DNA of 50,328 nt from a virus (lineage: Duplodnaviria > Caudoviricetes): IMG/VR virus record IMGVR_UViG_3300037200_000052, positions 1-50,328 of that record; one strand, given 5' to 3'. The position numbers were made by a program, and so were the translations under genes. This document shows, piece after piece, positions 43,480-50,328 of this stretch (the stretch's first letter is position 1; each line of letters starts with the position of its first letter). The notes beneath the pieces are model-generated. The model was not told where the DNA came from. It made no database searches and was given only the letters and a program-made list of their open reading frames with translations.

Positions 43480-44001
43480 CTAGAGGCTTCCGCCACCGGA
43501 AAGCACGGGATAAAGCGCGTTCGTCGTGTTGCCGGTAATCAGCCAGAATTTGTTTGTGGCAACCCATTGCTCGAAGGTGTTGGTGTTTAACCCAATACCG
43601 GTCGCCGTACCCCCAGAGGCGAAAATAGACAATGGATTCGTGATACCGGCTACAACGCCATTGGTGCCCGGCGGGAAGTTCGTGACACCGATGTAGTACA
43701 GACCCAGGGCGCTGACGGAACCAACGTTCGCGGTGCCAAAGTACAACTTGTTCGTTGGCGAGAAGTACATGCCGGTGCCGTAGACGGAGGCGAGCTTGAA
43801 AATTCCGCCCGGCAGATATTCCCACTTCACGTTATTTGTGTCGGTGATGATGGACACGGCACCGGACACCTGATTGCTGATGTTGGTGGGGTCAGCCTGA
43901 GCCTTGGCCGATTGCTCGGACCAGCGGGAGGCGGTAATGAGGATACCGGCGGTGACGATTGCGAGCGCGGCGGCTATGATTCTGCGTTTCATGTCTGACA
44001 T
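43480..44001 (-). CDS. Signal-peptide-bearing TN-rich protein in the tail module
   Basis: MKRRIIAAALAIVTAGILITA...AKA|Q; AAGGAG upstream. Confidence 0.7.
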   Translation of the reverse strand: MSDMKRRIIAAALAIVTAGILITASRWSEQSAKAQADPTNISNQVSGAVSIITDTNNVKWEYLPGGIFKLASVYGTGMYFSPTNKLYFGTANVGSVSALGLYYIGVTNFPPGTNGVVAGITNPLSIFASGGTATGIGLNTNTFEQWVATNKFWLITGNTTNALYPVLSGGGSL

Positions 44002-44069
44002 TCTCCTTGTTCGCAGACCGGGCCGTCGCGCTCGTGACCGGATACTGCAACTGATTGTTTTGTGGTTCT

Positions 44070-44552
44070 TTACCCCTGTGCGGGCGTATTGTCAACAGGA
44101 TTTGCAGTCTCCGATTCCCGCCCGGTCCTGATGGCCTTCACCAGCGCCTCAAGAATCTTGAGCTTCTTCACATCCAGTTTCCGCTTCTCGCACTCGACCT
44201 TGAGCCAGCCATAGATCGTGGAGACGTTCTGCATACAGCCCATCCATCCCCAACCGTTCATCAGTTTGCGTCTCTGGTCACACCCACCGCACATGAATTC
44301 TTCCGTGACCTCATGGATGACAAAAGCCAGAAGGTCACCCGGTTGTTTCAGGGATGGTGGATTAGGCGGTGGCGGGGGAGCCGCTGCGCGAGACTGCGCT
44401 TCCCTCAACTTCTCCGCATGATTCTCCAATGTCACACCCCATGGGCAAGTATCCGGTGCGCTGACATTCTTGCGCCAATCGGCATTCGTCAGGCAGGTCT
44501 GGCAATGCACCCTACTTTGGCAGTGGTAGGAGTTGGGGAAGTCGGATATCAT
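44070..44552 (-). CDS. Cys-rich tail-region protein
   Basis: HCQSRVHCQTC, CPWG and CGGCDQRRKLMN. Likely start MISDF. Confidence 0.65.
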   Translation of the reverse strand: MISDFPNSYHCQSRVHCQTCLTNADWRKNVSAPDTCPWGVTLENHAEKLREAQSRAAAPPPPPNPPSLKQPGDLLAFVIHEVTEEFMCGGCDQRRKLMNGWGWMGCMQNVSTIYGWLKVECEKRKLDVKKLKILEALVKAIRTGRESETANPVDNTPAQG

Positions 44553-45064
44553 GGTCCCACCGTGACCGAGGCCATGCAACCGGAGCAGTTCAATCCTATG
44601 CCATTATTTATGCCCGGAAGGGTAAATGTTCCGTTGACGTGGTTTCCAACATTACATTCCACTCCAGAAACTATTGTGCCTAGATTAAATCCTCCATTGC
44701 ACAAAATATTCCCCCCAAATAGTGCGTACACTAGGGGCGAAGTTTGTTCTATATATGCACCCCATTGCGCGGTAGGGGTGCAATAATTTACTACTAACTC
44801 AATGTATGCATTATCCCAAAACCACAGGCATCCCCTACCATCAAAGCTGGGTGCGGCACCACTAAATGTAAATATACCACCAACTGCACATATCGCATCG
44901 CAAGTCCCCGTTATGGAGATTAGGGCTGACGGCTGGGAACCCGAGCATAAAGAATCGCATGGCAATATGGCACCCCCCACCAAAATCTTCCCCGTGGCCG
45001 AGTCCGTCACTATGCCGCCGGATGCCACGTTGATGCCATCGCTCACGAACAACTCCCGGCGCAT
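44549..45064 (-). CDS. Cys-rich tail-tip-region protein
   Basis: 171 aa with many Cys and Gly; coupled to its neighbours. Confidence 0.6.
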   Translation of the reverse strand: MRRELFVSDGINVASGGIVTDSATGKILVGGAILPCDSLCSGSQPSALISITGTCDAICAVGGIFTFSGAAPSFDGRGCLWFWDNAYIELVVNYCTPTAQWGAYIEQTSPLVYALFGGNILCNGGFNLGTIVSGVECNVGNHVNGTFTLPGINNGIGLNCSGCMASVTVGP

Positions 45065-45672
45065 TGCTGCTGTGTCTCATAAGCAACAAAGTGAAACCCG
45101 TTCGTGGCATCGTACCAGCCATCGCCCAGAGTAGCGGCATTGCACGGACACATGACCATACGGGCCGGGCTGAAATCTGGTTGTATGGCCGTCACGTTGC
45201 TTCCGCCAATCGGGTTTCCCCAATAATCCGATACCTGATAAGTGAATGTGCAATACGCCGAGTTACTTCCCGCGCTGCCTCCGACTTTGGCGAGTACCAC
45301 GGCAAATTTTGTGGCACTGGCATCCAACTCCGGTGTCTCGATATACCCGGTGATGACGTTCCAGATGACCGTGCTACCGATTATGAACGGCGCATACCGC
45401 TTGGAGGGATTGCGTAGCTGGGGATTGACTGTGGCTACAAACGTCCCATAGATGCCGTTGAGGTCGATAATGGTGTAAGAGTACGTTGTCGGTGGGCCAC
45501 CTACACCGCTGGCTGGCGACGTGCCGGTGATCTTGACCGAGCAAAAGTCGCCCAAAGGTACTGACAATGCCGCGCCGTCGCTGGTCTGCGGTCTACGGAA
45601 ATCCTGATTGAAACGGTCTGCATCCGCCTGATACCCGTTCCGAAGCCAGTATGCGGTGTAGCTGTCCATCAT
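45043..45672 (-). CDS. Tail-tip-region protein
   Basis: 209 aa; ATGA-coupled to the upstream tail gene. Confidence 0.6.
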   Translation of the reverse strand: MMDSYTAYWLRNGYQADADRFNQDFRRPQTSDGAALSVPLGDFCSVKITGTSPASGVGGPPTTYSYTIIDLNGIYGTFVATVNPQLRNPSKRYAPFIIGSTVIWNVITGYIETPELDASATKFAVVLAKVGGSAGSNSAYCTFTYQVSDYWGNPIGGSNVTAIQPDFSPARMVMCPCNAATLGDGWYDATNGFHFVAYETQQQCAGSCS

Positions 45673-47771
45673 GCTCCACGCCGAAAATGACGTTGATCGA
45701 CAAAGCTGTGAGCCAGTTCAACCGCTTCATGCCCCAAGTAATTTGCGAATTGATACTCGATACTTTGTTCTTCCCCATTATACATCATGGCGACGATAAA
45801 CTCGTCCCCGACAAGCTCGTAGTTTCCACCGGTCGCTGTGATCTTGGTTCCCACCGGCAGCGATACATAGCTTGGAAACTTCATGCGCCCTTTGCTGGAT
45901 AACCGGCCTAGTTCCGGTTGAACCAGCGAGGCAATCTGTGAAAGCGGGCTGATGCCGTCCACGACAACTTCAGTCCCATTGCTGGTATTCGTGAGCGGCC
46001 CGCCCGGTGTCGTCCATGTAAACACAATCGGGTAAGAGCCCGTGCCGCTCGTGGCGTAATTCCTTGTCCATCCAGACGGCAAAGCGATGGCTTCATTGAC
46101 CGCCCATGAGACGCTGCTGCCTACAATCGTGATCGTCAAGTCCACCGGGGCTACCATCTGGACAGATTCCCGCGTCTGATGAATGAATTCATCCCGGATG
46201 ACCGCCCGCGTGATCGTTGGCAGGCTGTCCGGGTTGTTTGTCGCTAGCACATGCTGTCTCGTCTCCAATCGAAATGGCAGCACCCCTCCACTGGGCGGTG
46301 AATCGTAGGGGCTTATCAATCTGCCGAACACGTCCACGACGCGCTTGGTGGACAATTGTGCCCGGTCCTGGTCAATGCTCACGCCGAGCGGATATTGACT
46401 GGCAAACGGCTCGTGTGTGCTGATGTTGTAGATACCGCATTCGTTGAGCGGGTTGACGTAATTGTTGCATTGGTCGCGCTTCTCGATCAGCGATCCGTTG
46501 ATTCTCTTGCCCCAATCTTTCCTTCGCATGTCCTTGCCCGCGTAATGCAGGGCATAGTGATCGGCCCGGAAGGTGAACCGAATGGTTGCGCCCGCGAATG
46601 TGTGGGCCGGGCTTCCTCCAACATAATTGCTCCACCATCGGATTCCTTCGTAGGCTCCAATGACGTAGCTGTAGAGTGGCGGGAAGATTGGCGCAATGGT
46701 GAATTCAATATCTCCATAGGGCAACCCGCTGCCGCTGGCTCCTGGATACCAGTCGCATGAGCTACCCGCACCCACCGGGGAAATCTCCCGGTCCTGCATA
46801 CCGCCGATGATTTCCATGTCGGTGACGACATCCTCAGAACCGATTTGTACCTCAAATTCTTCCGGCATAGTAAGTTCGTAGCTGCTATTGGACAGGTCGG
46901 TGGTTTCGCTGACAAAGTTAAGGCCATACGTTCCTACCGCCGTTGCCGTGGTAAGCCGCGTCCAGAAGTACAGCGCACCCGCCGGTGTCAGTCCGCAACT
47001 GGTGATCGTGCGGGCAAGGATCTCTTCAAGGGCAGAGCCAACGGGTACACCAAGCAACCGTAGCGGCTCTGTGGGTGTGAGCAGGTCGTTTGTCCAGTTG
47101 GCGATGTTCGACGGCAACAGGTAGGACGGAAATGGAATCGCGGTGACGTAGTTCGCCAGAATCCAGCCCAACAGATACCCATAGTTCCAGTAGTTCGCCT
47201 GTGACAGGGCGCAGTTGCTCGGGGAGCACTCCGAAGCTTGGGTGCCATCGTCGGGAAGCTGGTAGCAGAATTGGGGGTTGCCGTTGGTGTCCAGAATCGG
47301 AGCGCCGTTGGTGTAGGAAGCACCCGAACCAATGGGGGGTTGTGTCGAGTAGCTCCATGCCAGATTTGGAAGTCCTTGGCGATTGAACCAAATATCGGCA
47401 CCAAGAAACGGTAGTCCATTCGCTGGCTGTGACCCGGTGTTTGGTGTGCCGAGATGTAGTTGCCCGATAAAAATGTCATTCAGATCATGCCGTGCATCCG
47501 CAATCAGCACTTCCACGGTTCTGCCGCGTAGTGACTTGGTGACGTTCTTGCAGGTGCCGGTGAACTTCAGGACGCCGTTGAGTGTGAATGTGGCTGGCTG
47601 ATTTACCAGTGTGCCGCGCGAGATGCTACCGGGTGTTTGATCGGCTATAAGGGCAATTATTCGAGAGGGACGAAAACCCAACTGGTTATGCCAGCGACGT
47701 ATTTTGATAACGGTGAATGGCACACCGCCAATCGTTACTACCAAGCTGTCGGGCTCGAATTCAAAACCCAT
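45669..47771 (-). CDS. Putative tail hub / Tal-like protein
   Basis: 700 aa, second gene after the tape measure; LKFTGTC..V and VEVLIADARHDL N-terminal pattern. Confidence 0.6.
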   Translation of the reverse strand: MGFEFEPDSLVVTIGGVPFTVIKIRRWHNQLGFRPSRIIALIADQTPGSISRGTLVNQPATFTLNGVLKFTGTCKNVTKSLRGRTVEVLIADARHDLNDIFIGQLHLGTPNTGSQPANGLPFLGADIWFNRQGLPNLAWSYSTQPPIGSGASYTNGAPILDTNGNPQFCYQLPDDGTQASECSPSNCALSQANYWNYGYLLGWILANYVTAIPFPSYLLPSNIANWTNDLLTPTEPLRLLGVPVGSALEEILARTITSCGLTPAGALYFWTRLTTATAVGTYGLNFVSETTDLSNSSYELTMPEEFEVQIGSEDVVTDMEIIGGMQDREISPVGAGSSCDWYPGASGSGLPYGDIEFTIAPIFPPLYSYVIGAYEGIRWWSNYVGGSPAHTFAGATIRFTFRADHYALHYAGKDMRRKDWGKRINGSLIEKRDQCNNYVNPLNECGIYNISTHEPFASQYPLGVSIDQDRAQLSTKRVVDVFGRLISPYDSPPSGGVLPFRLETRQHVLATNNPDSLPTITRAVIRDEFIHQTRESVQMVAPVDLTITIVGSSVSWAVNEAIALPSGWTRNYATSGTGSYPIVFTWTTPGGPLTNTSNGTEVVVDGISPLSQIASLVQPELGRLSSKGRMKFPSYVSLPVGTKITATGGNYELVGDEFIVAMMYNGEEQSIEYQFANYLGHEAVELAHSFVDQRHFRRGA

Positions 47772-47774
47772 GGC

Positions 47775-48188
47775 TCACGATCCCAGGGCTCCGGTTGCCA
47801 GCGATGTGACTTCCCAGATGATTCGATACCGGACCCTGCCTCCCGTGGTGGAATTGGGTTCGGGTACGCCGGTGCGATCTGGCGCGAGCGTGGCATCCAC
47901 CTTGTAGCAGTTTGAATAAGAACCCTGAAGTCGTGTCGTCACGGCCTGAGTTGTGGCGGGGTTTCCCTTTCCAAAATACAGCGCAGTCAGACTGGCAGTA
48001 TCTTTACCGCATTGTCCCGTCTCGATGATGCGGATGTACTGAAGAGATAATTTCTTGTAAATCTTCCCCTGAATTCCCGGCACCGTGGTTTCTCGAATTA
48101 CAGCGGGGATCGTCTGAATGTCGAAATGCTGAAAATAAACGTTCTCTGCTCCCCCCGTTTTTCCTCCGAATCCATAGCTCTGTGCCAT
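47775..48188 (-). CDS. Putative distal tail protein
   Basis: 137 aa directly after the tape measure gene; RETTVPGIQG. Confidence 0.5.
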   Translation of the reverse strand: MAQSYGFGGKTGGAENVYFQHFDIQTIPAVIRETTVPGIQGKIYKKLSLQYIRIIETGQCGKDTASLTALYFGKGNPATTQAVTTRLQGSYSNCYKVDATLAPDRTGVPEPNSTTGGRVRYRIIWEVTSLATGALGS

Positions 48189-48194
48189 GTCAGT

Positions 48195-50328
48195 TCACCA
48201 TGGCAGGGTTGCCACCGGCCCGGAATCCGGCTGGTTGTGCGCGTCCGTGGCCTGCCGGACCACCTTGTTAAATTCGTGAAGGCCGCTGATGGTGGAAGTG
48301 ATTACCGTCTCAAACTGGTTCCCAGCGCCCATCGCATGATAACCCCCGCCGGATGGATGCTCACCCATGCCTCGATAGTCCGAGGAATGCACTGTGTCAC
48401 CCATGCGCCGTGTGGGGATACCACTGCTGCCGGCCTGCTCTCTATAGCGACCAACTGCAATCTGTTGCTGGATGGCCTGTTGCCGGAAGTGTTCGGAGGA
48501 TATTTCGCTGTAGGGACGACCGGCAAGGAAGGCTTCCTGATCGGACTCACCGGGTAACTCCGATAAATCCCTGGTGGATAAAGATGCAAGGGCCTGCGCT
48601 TTCTCTAACCAGAATCTATAATCCTCCGGCGTTGTTGTGTCACCCACGTTTCTGCCCGCCTGTTTTGCCTGATCGCGCGCCAAGGCCGCTTCTTGGCGTT
48701 GCCCTGTCATGCGAGCCTGCAAACGTTGGGAGGGTGTCATCCCAAATCGTTCCGTGCCGGCAATCTGGGTTTCGAGTTGTTCTCGGGAGAGTGACGTATC
48801 GAAGCTAAAAACCTGTTGAGCTATGCGACGTTCTTCTTCAATCTTATTTTGGCGCTGCAAATCGCCCATGGCTGATGTTCCCGCGTCAATAGACTGACTC
48901 GATGTTCCCGCGTCAGTGTACGCTTGCTTAAGATTTCGCAGTGAAGCATCGGCGGCCAGTTGCGCTTCCGTAACATCTTCGGCCAGTTTTCTTCCCTCTG
49001 GCGTAAGACCATAGGGCTGCATACCCTTCGTGCGACCTGTTTCGTAGGATTTATCTTCGGTGGCCTGAAGTTCTTGAAGTTGTCCAAGCTTCTGATTTGC
49101 CAGATTGTATTCGTCAACGTAGCCCCGCACTGTGACATTAAGCTTATCCTTCTCAGCCTGCCCCACTTTTTGTATATATCCCAATTCGGAATCGAGCCGC
49201 TGTTGTGTGCTTCCGGCCCCGCGTTCGCGAGCCTCAGACAGAATGTGCTCCGTCCGGATTTGCTCATCGATAACCCGTGTTTCGCTTTCCCGGACCTGTC
49301 TTGATTGTTCTCGTCCCTCTCGCTCACCGGATTGTATTCGTAACAAATCATCACGAAGCCCAACTTCTGCGCGTAAACTGCTCGTTTCATCCGCCTGCGA
49401 TCTTCCGAGTGCTTGCTCGGCTTCTCCACGAAAGCCGGCTCGTTCCGTTGGGTTGTATCGTCGGGCATCGTTGGCCTTGTAACTCGCCTCATAGAACTCT
49501 TCCATGTCCCGGTAGCCCTGCTGCCTGAATTCCGGCCTTAGAGACTCCGTATATCGGGAAATAGCTTCTGCCCCAGGCTTGGCATCCATTCTGGCTCGAC
49601 CCGCCAGATAAGTCAGGTTGGTGGTATCGCGCATCAATTCATCGGCCGGCAGTCCGGCTGCCGCCAGCGAGTTTATGACCTCGGTTTGCTCGGCTTGAAG
49701 GGCGGTTCCCGGGCCGGTTATGGCAGAGGAAAGGAATCTTCCAAAACCGTGATGTGCGGATTCTGCCAGACCCGCTACATATCCGGGCGCTGGCATTCCG
49801 GCGAATACCGTTCCAGAGCGGGCAAACGAGCCAATCGACTGCCCTGAAGCTTTCTCCAGGGATGATACGTTTGCTTCATAGCCAGAATATGCGGAAATGC
49901 CAGCTTCAGCCGCGATCAAGGCAGCCAATACCGGCCAGCCAGCCAGTTCCCCGGCTCCCGTGCCGCCAATCATTCCAAGTACACCGCCTGCGTCACCACC
50001 AATATCACTGCCTATGGCTCGCCCTAAATTTCTACCGGCCATTCGTTCTAGGTAGTTGTTTCCCACAACCTCCGCTCTCCCGGCCACACTTCCAGCGCCC
50101 CTGATAATTCCCATTTCATCTTCGGTGGCATCTCCTACAATACCGGAGGCCCTTTGAGACCGCTGCCAATCCTGCATAGCCCATCGCTCGCCTCGCCGGG
50201 CTTCCATTTCTTCGGCGCGTCGCTGTAACGCCTCTTCTTTGGAGCCAAGTTCGCCCATCCCTAGCGCCCTAGCCGCTCCCATCCTCAACTCTTCTTCCGT
50301 GGCTGTGGCGGAACCGTATGACCCAAAG
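48195..50328 (-). CDS. Tape-measure-like protein, 3' part (starts at 379 across the origin)
   Basis: Long A/E/Q/R-rich helical ORF with a Gly-rich hydrophobic segment, in canonical position. Confidence 0.7.
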   Translation of the reverse strand, partial: FGSYGSATATEEELRMGAARALGMGELGSKEEALQRRAEEMEARRGERWAMQDWQRSQRASGIVGDATEDEMGIIRGAGSVAGRAEVVGNNYLERMAGRNLGRAIGSDIGGDAGGVLGMIGGTGAGELAGWPVLAALIAAEAGISAYSGYEANVSSLEKASGQSIGSFARSGTVFAGMPAPGYVAGLAESAHHGFGRFLSSAITGPGTALQAEQTEVINSLAAAGLPADELMRDTTNLTYLAGRARMDAKPGAEAISRYTESLRPEFRQQGYRDMEEFYEASYKANDARRYNPTERAGFRGEAEQALGRSQADETSSLRAEVGLRDDLLRIQSGEREGREQSRQVRESETRVIDEQIRTEHILSEARERGAGSTQQRLDSELGYIQKVGQAEKDKLNVTVRGYVDEYNLANQKLGQLQELQATEDKSYETGRTKGMQPYGLTPEGRKLAEDVTEAQLAADASLRNLKQAYTDAGTSSQSIDAGTSAMGDLQRQNKIEEERRIAQQVFSFDTSLSREQLETQIAGTERFGMTPSQRLQARMTGQRQEAALARDQAKQAGRNVGDTTTPEDYRFWLEKAQALASLSTRDLSELPGESDQEAFLAGRPYSEISSEHFRQQAIQQQIAVGRYREQAGSSGIPTRRMGDTVHSSDYRGMGEHPSGGGYHAMGAGNQFETVITSTISGLHEFNKVVRQATDAHNQPDSGPVATLPW
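50207..50328. repeat. Terminal direct repeat, copy 2
   Basis: Identical to 1-122. Confidence 0.95.

Noticed and set aside
1-50328. tRNA/rRNA genes, tail sheath, DNA polymerase, alternative genetic code
   Set aside because: None were recognised by eye, and the genes read intact with the standard code using all three stops. tRNAscan was not run.

Overview
The window is a complete, circularly assembled tailed-phage genome of about 50,206 bp; bases 1-122 are repeated exactly at 50207-50328. Most genes lie on the minus strand. The morphogenesis block has TerS, TerL, a portal-MuF fusion, an HK97-type protease, the major capsid protein, neck and tail genes, and a tape-measure-like gene spanning the origin. 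Tail-tip, fibre and carbohydrate-active genes are followed by a membrane/lysis-like cluster, then a replication operon (SSB-like, SMC-like ATPase, SF2 helicases, TOPRIM primase, DNA methyltransferase, HNH). A plus-strand island holds a serine recombinase and repeated cassettes. The host is unknown; the TN-rich exported proteins weakly suggest the PVC/Verrucomicrobiota group (inference). The most unusual features are: (1) many proteins inside the virion gene module carry Sec-type signal peptides and dense Thr-Asn/N-X-S/T motifs; (2) three copies of a complete sigma54-type promoter (enhancer sites, IHF site, -24/-12) drive variable cassettes, with no phage-encoded activator; (3) a 130-bp hub of palindromic sites next to the recombinase, each copied elsewhere in the genome, includes an exact 66-bp inverted repeat; (4) a CRISPR-like repeat-spacer-repeat unit occurs without cas genes; (5) a stand-alone Hint-like protein appears catalytically degenerate. 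All calls come from reading motifs by eye; no database searches were run.
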